Shown here one piece after another: positions 35,401 to 50,100 of a stretch of DNA of 64,000 nt. Made by a program: the position numbers and the translations under genes. Source of the stretch: Eutreptiella sp. 'Long Island Sound 2002' (lineage: Eukaryota; Protista; Euglenida). How positions within the stretch are numbered: position 1 is the stretch's first letter; each line of letters begins with the position of its first letter. The notes beneath the pieces were generated by a model, which worked only from the letters and a program-made list of their open reading frames with translations, was not told the DNA's origin and made no database searches. Location: NCBI GenBank assembly GCA_964036045.1, contig OZ038378.1:173786001-173850000 (forward strand), read 5' to 3'.

Positions 35401-38400
35401 CAATCAACGATTCCTCGCCACCACTTCTTCCGCTCATGCCTGGTTGAGTTCTGCTTTTGTCGGTATGACGGGGATAAACCATTGGGATAGGGCCGGAGCA
35501 TCGATTTGGATGGCTCCGGGTGCGCGCTGGGCAAACGTTCCCCCTCAAAACAGAACAGTAATGTGGAGTGCGCTGTGCAGCACTTCCGGCCCTTTGCACA
35601 GCTCTGCCTCATGTGTCAGGGGATGAGTGCGCCATGAAGTACTTCCGGCAGCGGATGTGGGGCACATTCACGATGCTCCAGACGATGTTGATGGACCCCG
35701 AGTGCTGGATGAATCACATCTCTTTGAATCTGACGACTGGTGTGTGCTGCCCTGCGTGTCCACGTGATAGGCCTTGGGCCCCCGTTGCGCCAGGCCACTC
35801 CGTGACAAACCGTTCACCTCAGGGAAGTATTAGAATGGCTGTACACCACCGGAGGGGGGGGTCCCCCCCCCTGAACCCCCCGTTAAAGACGTTGAAGAAC
35901 AAAGACATGAACATGAACGGTGCTGCAGTGCAGCGGAACATTCGTGAGCTGCGACCGGTCGCCTGTGACACGGGGGGGGGATCCCCCCCCCCAGACCAAA
36001 GTGACCATCGTGCGAAAAAACGAAATGCACAAATGGGAAAATCTGGTCGGGGCATTTTTGATACACAATTTTTTTGGGTCCCATCCCCCCCCCTCCCCCC
36101 CCCTGCTGATACTTCCCTGATTCACCGTGAGGCACTTCGTCCACTGACCTACGTGGCCAGACCTGTGCCAAGGATGGGTCCCACTGGAGTGGGTGGGGGC
36201 TCAGGGGCCTGGGTTGGTTGGTGGTCCAGGCGGGACACAGGGCCGGCGCTTTGGTCAGTGATTTTTGCTGCTTGGAAATTGGCTGATGTGGTAGGTTCGT
36301 GGGTCGATTCAGGTCAGCCACAGCCCAAAAATGATCTCCCCCTTCCCTGCCCCTGCCCTCCAGAAAACGAAACAAAACAAAAGCGGATCCACTGGCCATT
36401 GCCTCCAGAATCCCAACGCCCCTTCCCACACAACAGGCATACAAGTGTGGCGATCCAGAAGGAGTCAGCTTACCTCCAGCATGGGCGATTCCTTAGGGGT
36501 GGGCCAATTTTACATAGGGCGGGGGGGGCGTCCTACACCACCCGCTTAGAGGGGGGAGGGCCTTTATAGAAGCGGGTGGTTTGCGATGGGATGGGATGGC
36601 ATGCCTCAGCTTTGTGATTTTGATTTTGGTTGGTTTGGTGGAGGATGGGACCCGAGGGCATGGCACAACACACCATGTATCATTCCAGGTTGCACTGCGG
36701 GCAACGTTGCCATCTCTGTGACAAACTGAAGTTGGAACAAACCACTTATGTCTCGCCCCCATCGTACGACGTTGCACGCATTCATCGTCTTTCAGTCTGT
36801 GTCTCTCGTGTTCTCGCATGTTTGTGCAGTTGCTCAAGCACTTTTTCGTTGAGCCCATCCCCTTAGGCTCTCGCTCACTCAGCAGTTGAACTTTGGCGTC
36901 TTTGGCTGCTGCCGCCGCCTCCATGTTTTGTGCTGCTCAAGCCGCTATCCACTGCCTCTGTTCTCGGGGTGCGTCCTGCACTTCGCTTGGCTCCCCAAGA
37001 CCGGCAACTCCTGCTCTGTCTTTGTCTCTCCAAAGCGCTGTGCGGTCCCGTTTCTCAGGGTTGGACCCGAAGGGTCGAAAGCTGAGGCCTGCCCAGGGGT
37101 TTGAGGCGGCAGACTACTTCTTTCCCGGGTACTGGGTCTGGAACAAGGTGATAGAGAACCTGGCGTACTTGGGCTATGACAACAACAACATGTTGATGAT
37201 GAGTATGTGCCGTGCGCTTGTGCAGTCGACATGGGCGGGGGGCGCTGCGTGTTGGGCCGGACCCCCCCCCCCCCCCTCTGGAACCGCCACCCACACCAAA
37301 TGGCGGCAATAGGGAGCAGCCAACTTGGAGAACGGGGGTGACGGTGGTCGCGGCACGAACGCGGCCAGCGCCGTGGTGGTGGGGCGCCCCCCCCCCCCCC
37401 CCCCCCGGGCACCGCGCCGAGCCGGTGGGTGTTGTCTCCTTCGGGTGGGTCGCAATGGCCGAACGGTCAGTGTGTTTACTGAATGTCCCTGAACCCCAAG
37501 TTGTTTGCTGCGTTGAGTTGTGACAAGTGCCCGACAGTCCCGAGTGCAAACCCCAGGCCCGGGAGGAGGGAGGTGACGATCATTGAAGCGACAATCGCTA
37601 CCAGTCCCCTGCGGCTGATCGAGGGTGCAGGTCCCTTGAAGGTGCTTGCCAGCGGGTTTTCATTTGTGCGGGTCATGTATGGGCGCACCGGACGTTCTGC
37701 CATTCCGCAGGTTACGATTGGCGCTTGTCTCCGGAGAATATGGAATTGCGGGACAAGTACTTCACGAGGCTGAAGCAGATGATCGAGATCATGGTCAACA
37801 ACAAAGCGAAGGCCAAGGCTGTGGTCTTGGGCCATTCCATGGGGGCCAACGTGTTCTACTATTTCCTGAAGTGGGTGGAGAGCGATAAGGTACCGCTGGA
37901 CGTTTCCGCGCCTCCACAAAGGGCAGCCGCATGGGACATGTCGATATTGCCGGTTGTAGTTGGCAAAGGCCAATCTTTCTGGCCATCCGAACACCCCCAT
38001 CCAAACGATTTGCGTCTCATTCGTCATGAGAAGGTCGTGGGTTTGAAACCCACCGCGGGTTTCCATACCACACATCACATGACATGAGCTGCTCCATGTC
38101 CCTGGATGTGCCCCATCGCCCTTCCGTTTCTTGGGATGTGGCGTTCTGGTGTTCTGAGGAGAGGGTGTGTCCCGTCCAGGCGCCTTGCCCTCCGTTCGGC
38201 TGATGGACGGTGGAAGCTGAGCTGGTGCGACCTGACCTGAGCTCTTCTGCGTGTTGTGCGCTCAACCAATGCCCCGCTCTTTGTGCCTGTGGTGTTAGGG
38301 CGGCAACGGCGGCCCCGAGTGGGTGGAGACATATATCGAGGCCTTTGTGAACATCGCCGGCCCAATGCTCGGGACCTCCGTGTCGCTTACGTCGCTGCTG

Positions 38401-41400
38401 TCGGGGGAGATGAAGGACACGGCGCAGTTGGGGGCCTTTGAGCCGTATCTCATGGGGGAGACCTTTGGAGCGTATCGGCGTGCGCAGCTCTTCAGGTGGT
38501 GGGTCCTGCTCCAGGGCGCCGGGCGTGTGCGGGTACGGAACGGGTCTATGGTACGTGTGTGGTAGGCCATTGCTTACGGACCGCGGGGGGGGGGGGGGAC
38601 TTGGGCCCTGACTAGCGGCGGCCGACCGGCCCCACCCCCCCACATCAGAAAAATTTTCCTCAGGAAAGAAAGAGATTTACGGAAGAGCTCCGAAATTGGA
38701 GGCCGATTTCAGGCACACAAAATTGTTTTGGCGTCCGAACGCACCCCCACCGCCACGGCACAATGCCCCGGCCCCGGGCTGTAGCTGCCTCCCCCGGGGC
38801 CGAACAGAGCCTGAGCGTCCGGGTCCAAGGCCCGCACGGACCGCAGGCAGGCCCCATGAACCCCCGCCGAGGCGTTGGCGGGAGGTCGGCGGGTGGGGGT
38901 TGTGCCCGTGTGTTTGGGCGGGCATCGGGGCCTGCCGCCCCCTCAGGCACGTCAGGCCTCAGGGACGCGCCTGGTCACTGTGGGGGGGCTAGCGGGAGGT
39001 GGGGGGAGGCGGGGGGGGGGTACTCAGGGGGGCCGGACGCCCGTCATGCAGCACAAGCCTGGCGACGTCTGCACCGGAGGACACGGTGCTTTTCACTCCG
39101 CCTGCAAGGCCCTGTCCCCACCCAACCCCCTCCCCCCGCCATACAAAACGCCTCAGGCCAGAACAGGCGTACGCAGTTTCCGTTTTCATTTTGACTGCAA
39201 AGTGCCATCCCCCACCAGCGGACAACGTGCACTGCCATCCCCTGATCCGCAGCAATGGCACGCCAAAAATGGTCTCGCACACTTCGCAGAGCATCCACGT
39301 CAAACCGTGACGGATGCCACACAAATGTGGGACATTTGTGCGCATCAAAGAGAAACTCTCGCATTCTTCGGATGGGGGTTTCTCCGCTTTGTAGAAGGCG
39401 ATGGTGTCACCAGATCAATGTGCACATTTTTTGGGCAGCCTCTCCTGACTGCAATCAGTCCTCCTCACCCTGCGGCGCCTACGGCACACGAAGAACGTTT
39501 TCAGAGGCACGTTGAACGGATTTAAGAGGAGCCGTTTTGGCTCCCTCTGTTGCCAACATCAAAGTTCTGGGCCCGGAAAAGTACGTCCGTGATCCGAAAT
39601 CTCGTGTTCAGGGAATGAGACAGGAACACAAGCGCGGCACCACGGGTGCAAAGGTGCAAGGGGGCAAAGGGGATTTGTAGTAGTCCACTCACTTTGCACT
39701 TGGGTTTGCTCCCTTGTTTTGTTGTGTTGTGAACAGGATTCTTGGGCACAAAGTCACAAACACGAGGGATGGCGAAGGGATAGAGTCGTCGTGTTTTCGT
39801 ACACCAATAATCACAACGACACCTATGACACTTAGGGTTCATGTAGTCGTCCTCAAATGCGATGATAATATGTGCAAGGGGAGAGGTGGGTGGTAGCAAC
39901 GGAGAAACGGAGCATGAGAAACCACGCGACAACAACGTGGCACCGCCCTGTGTTGTTTTCGGGTTGTCACCAAGTCCGAAGCAAAGCATGGTGACGGAAG
40001 AACTAGAGTGATTTTGTCGGGATGGCTTTTGTGGGTTTCCGGGCTTGCATTGAGTATTGGTGGTGCAGGCACGTGCCGAAGCCCTATATTCCCACTTGAT
40101 GCAACCCCACCTGGGGCTACGGGGTTCTGAACAGGTCAGGATGTGCATGATGTGTTTTGTTGCAATTACAGCTCGGTGCTCATGCAATTTGGGTTCCTGA
40201 TTGCCATGCGTCGAACGCCACGCTCAACTTCACATCTTTGATTTGTACTGTGCGAGCACAGGATGGTCCCGGCCAGCACCTTAAATCCCTAACCCTCTCC
40301 AAGAGGGTGAGGGTCTCTGGGGGTGCGTGCTGAGGACCGGCGGTGATTGCAAAGGGCGGCGGTCAAAGCGGCCGCATGGCACGTGGCGGCAGAACTTGCA
40401 CACCGCGCTCCGAGGCAGGGTCAGCGTGCGGCAGACAGCAGTACACCGGGCATGGCGCCCGCACTAGGGGCGTGCACCGTGCCCACACCCTCTGCGCGCC
40501 CCATGCCACGCCCGTGTCCGTGTTGCTGTCAGGACGTGGTACAGTGTACTCTGGTTGGCCCCCAAGGGCGACACGGCAGTCTGGGGCTCCAAGCACAGTG
40601 CACCGGACGACGGGGCCGACGGGTGTGGCGATGACCCGCTCCCTGGCAACGCAACCCGTGCGGAGCCGGTGGCACCTTCCGATGGGCTGCGGGAGTGCGG
40701 GACGTTTGGATGTGTTGTGCGCTTTACAGGTATGTCTCGTTCCCCACTCGGCGGGGGCCGCACCCGCCTACAGGGCCGAAGGGCATTGTACCCCGCCTCC
40801 ACAGGGGGTGGGGGGTGGCCACCAACGGCTGAAGGGGCCAGGAAGCGTGCCCCACGGACACTGTGCACTGCGTCACCCGAACTATCCGAAGGGGCAGCCC
40901 CGCGTGAAGTGATCCGATGGATCCGGTCGCCGGGGGTTGATCCACATCCGCAAGTGCCGTGGGGCCAGCGCTCTGTGGGCGTCCATCCCCCGTGCGATGG
41001 AGTCACAGGGTTCTCGTGGCTCGGGGCTCTGAGGCCGGGGTGGTCAGACGCATCACGTGGAGCGGGGCAGGGATGCATTGGACGGGGGGATTGCCCCCCC
41101 CCCCCCCCCTCCCCCCTCCAGGGCTCCCAGCCTATGCCTAGCCACTGTCTCCCTGCCTGGCCAGTGCCAGGCTCAATGGCATTTGTAACCGACAGTAACC
41201 GCCCCCAACCGCTTCGACAACCTCCTCCAACCGCCTATCTAACGGCTTCAGGTGCCGCCTCTGAGGTCAGTGACGCCCAGGGCCCAGGGTTCAGGCCATT
41301 TCGAGCAGGTCACACGCACCGCCACTGTCTGGCAACTTTGCCACTTTCCTCACTGCCCCCTGAATTGCCGTGCAGGAGGGAGGCGCTGCTGCTGCGGCGG

Positions 41401-44400
41401 CAGCTACGTGCTTCAAGAGGCAACGGTGAAGCAGAACTGGCAGCGTGTGTTGTTTAACTGCCTGCTGATGAGCACCGATGGTCTCATACTTGCACACAGC
41501 CTGATCAGTAGTTCCCAGGATGGCACTGAAGCACATTCCCCACCTAAAAATGCAACACGAGGGGGTGGGGGGCAGGAAACAAAGATGTTGAAATGGTTTC
41601 TCAAACCTCAGACCCGGAGCAGGCAACACCCCGACCCCCCGCCCCAGGGATGAGAAACTGCCTGGTCTGCATTCATTGGGTCACCCCACCCCACCCCACG
41701 AGGTGTTGATTGGCTGAGTTGGTGGGTGAATGGGGGGATCTTGTGGATTTGCTTGGGTCCCGTTCTGTGGAGTCTAACTTGATCATGTGCTTGCTATTGT
41801 ATCGGCGGCATACACCAGCTTCCCTCCGTAACCCCAAGCCCCCCGGTTGGGAAGAAATCCCATCGATGTGGTGGAGCAGCTGAAAAAATCATTTGCGGGG
41901 GAGGGGATCGTTGGAGCGACCCAAAAAATGAAGGGGGGGGCCTTGTGACCGAAGGCTTGTTTTAGCCTGCAAAACCAGCCTTGTTTAGGACGAGCAGTGG
42001 CTTGAAGTCGGGCTGTAAAGTTGCCTGGGCGGAAGATATTCCCACCATGATAAACACCTCAAAATGATCCGCGCGTCGGGCGGATCATTTTGATTTGTCC
42101 CCCCCCCCCCCACAGGGGTGGGGGGGGAGGCCGCGGACTCCTCCCTCGCCCCAACTGCGGGGACGCGTACGAAGGGGAACCAGCCCCGATCCCGAACCCT
42201 TAGACTGACGGCGTGCGCTACGTGCATGGTCTACCACCGCTAAGGCCAACATGGCATCAAACAGCATGCAACTACGCCCAGGACAGACTGGGATATGTGG
42301 GCCAGCAGAAGCAAGTCGCCAAAACCACCAACACCAAGCACACCAACACCAACAAGGAGCCCCCTTGAGCCAAGATCTTCCTCCTCAAGGGGAAGAAGGG
42401 GACAGGGTGCGACGACCCCCCTCCCCCTCCCCCTCCCCTGCCCCCTCCCCACAGCAACACGCTCCCCGCCACCCGCTGCCCCCCAGGGCAGAAAGAATAG
42501 GGAGGGCCCAGAGGAAACTGGGCACGGGGAAAGGGACGAACAAGGGGAGACAACAGGGCAGGGCAGACCGCGCTCGCTGAAAACGGTGCAGTGCGCAGAA
42601 GGAGGAGAAGGAGAGGACAAAAGGGAAAGAATCATTGTGGTTGTTAGAAGCCCCTGTCAGGACAATTATCCTGCAGATGCACACCCCAGCGCGCACAAGT
42701 CAGTGCTGGAGTCAGCAAACCCAGCATGAACTCGGAGTGTGCATCTGGATGCACCTGGTCAATGGCACGGGCAACAGCCCATCTCCGGGACAGCCGACCC
42801 TGGAGTAGTCAAACAGGACAAGTCATCCAGGGGCTTAGTTGACACAACCAAAACATGTTCGGACCCACAGAGGGTCAGAATGAGCAGTGGTGAGAGGCCA
42901 ATAGGCACCGCCGAAGGCAAACGACCTAATACCGAGGCCTTGTGCCAACCCCCCCCCCCCCCCCAATTTCTGCAACAGCTCAAGTTCGGCGGGGCAAACA
43001 GCCCCGGAGGAAGCGCCACCAAGTGCCAAAAACCCAGAAACGGAGGGCGATGGAGAGGGTTTTTGGTCTTTCTTGTGGGGAAGCAAAAGGGCCGGTCGTT
43101 CCGAACATGCGAGTGGAATGGGGGCTAGCCACGGTGAGGGTACACCGAAGGGCGCACCGCCACCGGGGTCGGGACCGCAACGGACCCGCCGCCTCTTGTT
43201 CCATGAGAAGTTCCGGTGGCACACGCACCACGTCCGTGCCATCCAAGCGGACAGGATCCTCGCTGAGAAAAGGAGGAGAGGGTGGTTCTCCGACTACCCC
43301 GAGGCAGGAAGCAACATGTACTTATTGGCACCAGACCAGGTGTACAAAGTGCGAGTGCTAGCCTCAACGGTATGGGTGCCGGAGGTGAGACGTTGGGAGC
43401 CGGAGGTGTTCATCATCGGGGAGGGCATCAACTTCACAGTGGAGGACACAACCAGGTTGATGCAAAACTTGCACAGGGCAAACGTGATTGCCGAGCAAGT
43501 AGGCATCCGGCTGTACAAGGAGTAGAAGATGGAAGCCAAGTGAGAAGCGGACAAGCCCCACCCGCGGGTGACAAGAGGTCGTGGAAGCGCACGGTCCCAC
43601 AGTTCCGACGGCGTCAAGGTGACGGGGTGCAAATTGATCAGCGCAGTGCCGAGCACAAAGGCGCGACCCGGAACGCACCATGGCATGGCCTAGGCCTTGA
43701 AGCAAGAGGGACTGAGACCGGGTGCCAAGCGACCCAGGAACCCAAGGGACGGGCAACCCGGCGCCGGGAGGAGAAAGAAGAACAATGAAAGCAAAAAGCC
43801 TGATGGAAAGGAGAGTCTCACACCATCAACATGGCTCTGCTGGGGAGGAGAAGATCCTCCAGCCACCGAGACTCACACTGGGGAGCCGCGGCCCCCAGTG
43901 ATACAGCAACAAGGCACAACGATGTGGTCTGAGGTACGGCCGTGGACGGGCCTCGGGACCCATGCCCAATGGAGACGGCGCCGCAGTCTCCATTGGATGC
44001 GCCCCGGCTACCACAACGCGCAGCGAGCTTTCTCGCCGGCGGAGTAGGGGGCAAGGCCAAACAACAGGCAGGGGGAAGGCAACCCCCGCACTTTTTTAGC
44101 CAGGGTGGTGACCAACACCAACCACAACAAAACAATGAACTCTACACGTGCACCGAGTTCTTCTCGGGGGGTCCAATGGGGCCTCAGCGAGATGCCCGAT
44201 GTGGCAACGCAAGCCCACCGGGGGCCGCGCTCTCAAGGGAGTGACCACGGCAGTAAGTCCCAGCGTGCTGGCACTGAGAAGCGAGCAGGGGAGAGACTCC
44301 TTCCCTCGCGTAGCAACTCAACCAGAAAAGGGACGCACCACGTCGTCAAGCGCCCGGACCAAGCCGGGAGAAGGGGGCCAGCAAGGGGCCCTACGCACCT

Positions 44401-46271
44401 CCACCCAACACGGGACACCACCGTCAACCCAACAACAACTCGCTCCTATGTTGAGGTGGTCCGGGGAGTCGCGCAACGAAGTGGGCGGCCAGCGACGGTA
44501 AGAGGCCCACCCCACGTCACCCGCTACATCCTACTCCCCCGTGCACCCACGCATCCCCCACAACCCCCGTCCGCGCAGCAAAGGCATGAAGGAGAGGGTA
44601 GGGGGTTTGTGTTGCGCTCGCCAAAGGATGGACTGAGCGCGGGAACTTGGAGGAGAAAGGTTGTTATGTGCCCCCGTCGGGGAAACGACCCCGCAAGTGG
44701 CCATCCCAGGGCCCACCAGCCGCCGTTGGGGAGAGGTACCTCACCGCCGGCTTGGGATGGCCGCTTGGACGCACCTGGCCAACGGCGAAGGCATTTGCCT
44801 TCCTCTGCGTGGACTCGACGCAGAGAAGTGAAACAGGGCAAGTCCGGGGGCTCCGTTGGCACAACCGACCAAGGGAAAGGGAAGGGAAGGAGTGTGGTGA
44901 GGCCGATGGGCACGGTGGCCTACAGAGGGAAAGGCCAAGGGAAGGGAAAGGGGAGGGGAGAGGGAAGGTTAGGGCAAGGAGGAAGAGGAAGGTCAAAGGG
45001 TGGTGAGAAGCTGATGGGCACCACCGCCTATGGAGGGAAAGGGTCCAAGGGAAGGGCAGCGAATGGCGATCGGCCAGTAGGCGCCGCCAGCTGCAGACGA
45101 GATCATCACACCATGGCGTCGTGCCAAAACCCCCCCCCCCAAACCCCCTACCCCAAAACCCCATTTATGGACCCCGTTGGCGGCTGGGTGAGGGCCTTGG
45201 TCACAGGAGCCCATTGAACGGGGCGGGGGGGGTCTGGCAAGCGGGTTTGAAGGGCCCCCGTCGCGCCCAAATTGATTTTGCGCATGCCGAGGGATGGCAC
45301 GGTGCTTACACAATGTCGGCATTGGTTTCGGGCCAGAGCTCCAGTTGCCCTGCATTTGCCCTGCAGATGGTACGCATCAGAATCTCACGGTTGGTGACGT
45401 CCTGAAGCTGCTCATGGACAATATTACAGAGCCTGACTTCGGCAAGAATCTCCAAAAGTGGTTCAGCTTCGGCGTATCCGAATCGCCTGCGAAGCTGCGC
45501 CCAGAATCGAAGTATTGGACCAACCCACTGGAAAGGTACGCATGGCCCCTCGTGGAGGAAGGGCGCTAAGGCGAGAGACGGGGCCATTAACAAGCCGAAA
45601 GAGCATGTACACCCGTGCACTCCACCCCCACATTGGAAACCTCCGATGCTCTGCGGCTGGGGTTGCCACGGTGGCTGCTTCCCCCACAGCCTTCGCTGTG
45701 CGAGTGTCTGTGGCCTGCGGTGCAGCGTAGCTTATGCTCATGCAGACATGTGCACACTGGCCTTGACCTGTAGACCAGCCGTCCTCCTCACAGCGTTGGC
45801 AAGTCAGCGACCTCCTATTCCGAACTCTTGAGTCTATAGAACTGCACACGTACTCATCATGGGCACGGCCGTGACCAGCTCTGACCCTGGCATCAAGTAC
45901 CCTCTTGTAGAGTCGAATGAGTTGAATTACCACCCAACCAGAAGCACACCACCACACTTTGTGGTGAATGTGTGAAAATGGTTGCACAGAGTGTATTGAT
46001 GCACGAAATTCTGGGAACAAAACTGTTGATGAGGCATATCACATTTGTTATGCAACGGGAATTCACAGATTGGGTATTATGTTGACCATTGCACGCCAGG
46101 GACAAGGGAGGACAAGACCCGGAGCAACAGCACAAACGCGGGGCTGGGGTGGCGATGGGAGGGCGGTGTGTGTGTAATGGCCTGATGAGGTGTTTTGAAG
46201 CCAGAGCCTTTTGACTGCCTGCCTGTGCTCGTCCACATTGGTCGTCGGTTCGTTGGTTTCTCTCACAAAGT

Positions 46272-46314
<43 letters not shown>

Positions 46315-47131
46315 TGGGTTGCGTCTGGAGGAGGGCAAGAGGGAGTTGCACCCGCAATGCACTCCATCCATCTTCATCAGACCGAAAGACGCCTAGGGCT
46401 GCTCTGCAGCTCCTGAGAAGTTCACTCCAACCGCTTTTCTTGTGCTTTTGCTCTTGTTTCTGCGGTTCCCAACAGTGTTTATGTGTGTGACAGGGGCCCC
46501 GGTATGGTATCCATTTCACCCGTCTTGTGGCTGAGCGGCAGTGACGGACCCCCAGCAAGTCAGAGAGGCACCCGCCAGACAGGTCCAGAGACGACAAGGA
46601 CCAGAGTCAGTGGCAGAAGGGCTCCATCCAACTGATATGCATACCCGTACGCCCCCTGCACACACGCGCGCGCGTGCACGCGTGCTCTCCTCCTTTACGT
46701 TGGTTTGCTGTTTAACAGCCATGCTGACACTGTGCACCCTCAACTGTGGTTGGATGGCTAGTCCTGGACACAGGGCTGCAGGGTACATATGAATAGACGC
46801 CCATGTCTGCCCTTCGTTAGTGATGAGGACCCATTTCTTCGAGCTTTAAAGACTACCGCCGGCGACCTCCCAGCCCGCAGCTGCCACCCCCCCCCCCCCC
46901 TCTTATGCAGGAATGCATGGGATGCATGGGCTGGGCAGTGGGGCGCTGTAGGGGCTGGTTGAAACAAGGGAAGGAGCCGTGGTGCATTGTCGGCGACCTG
47001 TACATATTGGGTAGCTCAGAGCCCTCAGGGCGGCCCAGCTGCAGGGCGTGAACATGGAACACACAGTTTGCAGAGCTTATGAATGTAGGGCTGACTCGCA
47101 GTTTGAGCATGTCTGCAATACGTCCCTTGGC

Positions 47132-47187
<56 letters not shown>

Positions 47188-50100
47188 ACTTACCCAGCCT
47201 TTGTCCCCCCCCCCCCCCCGCCACCGCAATCCGGTCAGTGTGCCGGGGATTCTGCGCACAAGCCCAATTTTGGGCAAAAATCCCCGGCATAAAATTCCCT
47301 GGTTGGCTGACCGGACAAGGGATGTGTGGGATGTGTGCGCACAAAATTCCTGGCACACTGACCGGACAGCGGAGGTGCGCGCACAAATCCGTCCTCCCTT
47401 CTTGCGCCCTTCCCTTTCACCCTTTCCTCCCTCCTCCCCGTCCCTCCCCCACCCCTGGGTTTTGAAGGAAGGGAAAAGAAGCCAAAACTGATAAAGTCCA
47501 TCATGCCGAACCCCAAGAGAGCGAGGCCTCACCCCTAAATATACGCTTTTGGCTTTGGCTTCCCAAACCCGGTCTAGCCAGGGGTCGTCAGGCGTCTGGG
47601 CTGGGCTGCTGTGGAGCACTGCCTGAACCGTTGCCCACAAAGGTGGAGGCACAAGCTGTCTACCGCCTGGACGGGGTGGGGGAAGGCCGGGGGTGGGTTG
47701 CATGTTCGGTGCCCCCCACCTCTTCACGTGCCTGTGACTGAATGTGAAGCCTGCCTGACATGCACACCAGTTGCACTGTCGGTCGCCAACCAGCCTGCAT
47801 GGCAACCCGGCCACCCCCAGGGCTGTCCTTTTTTTTTTGTTAAGGATGGCCCTTAAAAACAGCCCCTAGGGACCACCAACCGACAACCGCCGCCAACCGA
47901 CAACCGCCGCCAACCGCCAACCATTGTTCAATAATGCTTCTATGGTCTTGTGTCTTGTCCATGTCTTGACCACGAAGCAAAGAGCGTCCCTGTGAAGGTT
48001 CGTTTCTGTTGGCATTACGAAACCACCCTTTGTTCCCTTAAGGACAGCCCCGTCCACCCCATTCACCACCCGAGTGTCCCATTCGCAGGACCGCCTATTC
48101 AGGGGTACCACGGGAACAAGGTGAGCAGGAGGGGAGGAGGGAGGGACAGCACGGACCCCGCGACACTCCACTCATGCAAAGGTAAGCTTGGGCAAGCGGC
48201 ACCCCAGGCAACATGCAGCGCACCACCGATGTGTGACGCTTGGTGGTCCCCTGGGCCTGTGTTACACCTTCCCACATCATTTGTGGTGGAGAGCACCCGG
48301 TCTGAGAGCAACTGAAGGCGAAGCCTGTCGCCGCTGGTGTGGGAGTGTGCGCCACGGTGGGCAGAATGCGCCCCACGTGTCGGAGCTTGTCCAAGTCCCA
48401 TGTGCCCGTTGCGGTGTCCCCTCCGCTGTCCGTGCTCGCCTGTCATTCAGTGCACTGCCCCGGGCCCCCAGCATGAAGATCTACTGTCTGTATGGCGTGG
48501 GCATCGAGACGGAGAGGGCTTACTACTACACCGCAGTTCCGAACTCCACGAAGTTCGCCATTGACAAAAGCTTCAACAGAGGCACGTCCCCTGTCCCTTC
48601 CCCACCCCCTTTCCATGAGTTTGCTGCACTGCCATACATGCACATGTGCCCCCAAAACACGTTCGGACCCACAGAGGGTCGGAATGTGCAAGGGCGAGAG
48701 GCCAATAGGCGCCGCCAAAGGCAAACAAACCAACACCATGGCCTCGTCCCCCCCCCCCCCCAAGCCCCGAATTCGGCAGGTGTGGGGCATTGGGACCAAA
48801 AAGTTGGCGCCCAATGCCAATACGCTGCGATTTCAGATCCCTGTGGCCTATACATGCAATTTCATGCCCGTCTCCTCAATCCATTTCCTCCCAGTCTTTG
48901 ACACCGGTGTTTGTACGGCATGCCATTGGTGTATCAGTGTCTACTTCATCCTATGCAGCCACTTGCATGGGGCCCCAGAATGTGGCATCTGGAACGGCAT
49001 CGCCTGAGTGCAAGGGGACACCAGGAACCCGGCTGTCCAGGATCGTGCGGTATTGAGGGCATTTGTGGATTGTCTAGGGTCGTTGATGGTTTTTGAGGGT
49101 TGTGGATTGTTGTGGCGAGTTGTCGAGGGTTTTGGACTGTTGTGGTGGGTTGAGGGCCGCTGATTGTTGTGGAGGCTCATTCATGTCTGTTCAGTGCTGT
49201 GAGAGAGGTGGTGAGTCTTGCAGGGTCGCAATACGGTTGGCTTGTGGCGGTGTTCGGGGTCAGGTCGAGATGGGGCCAGGCTGTTGGTTTGGTGGGGGGG
49301 CATGTTTAGAGGGGGGTTGTCGGGGCGGGCAGGCTGTAGGTGTCGGGAATGTGGGCAGATTTGGGGGCGAAGCTGCAGGGTAGGGCTCCTTTTGGGGGGG
49401 GTAGCCCCCCCCCCCCCCACAGCAGTGCTGAGTTATTAAAAGGAGCCCTAGGGTGCAGGCCTACGTCTGCAATGGAAACCCACCACAGCACTGCAGTAAT
49501 GGCGCAGGAGGGTACAGAACGGGGTCAGCAGGGGCACAGAGCCCCGTGCGACACTGTCGCGGTCCCTCGGGCCACTGGGGCAGAGAGGGTGCAGGAGGAG
49601 TGGTGCGTGGGGCCGGCTGGTCCACAGCACTGCGATTGTGGGGCCGGTGCGGGCCTCACTAGCGTGGGGCCAACGGCTGTCGCCCACGGACTGGCACCGG
49701 CAGGGCCTGCACTCTCGCACGGCCGCACCCGCGCGGCACTGTGGCGAGGGCCTAGCGATACGAGACGGGCAGGTCCTCATCTACGACATCGAATTGTTGC
49801 CCCGGAGCCTTGAGCAAGGGGTGCGCCGGCAGCCCCCCCCCCCCCCCCGTGTGCGCGAGCCGGCGCGGATGGGGGCACTACGATGAGCCGTGGGGCGCAC
49901 GCGGCAGCCTTGCGCAAGCACAGCGCCGCCCACACACATGTTCGCTTCCCTTTACACCTGCCACCTTGCTTCACCCCCCGTGTGATGTACCCCGCCATGT
50001 CCGCCGAGTGCTTGCCCGTGCGTCTTTCCCCGGGCCTCTGGAATACGGCCCCGTGGGGGCTTTGTGGTCCCTGGCACACGGGGAATGTGCGGATTGGACA

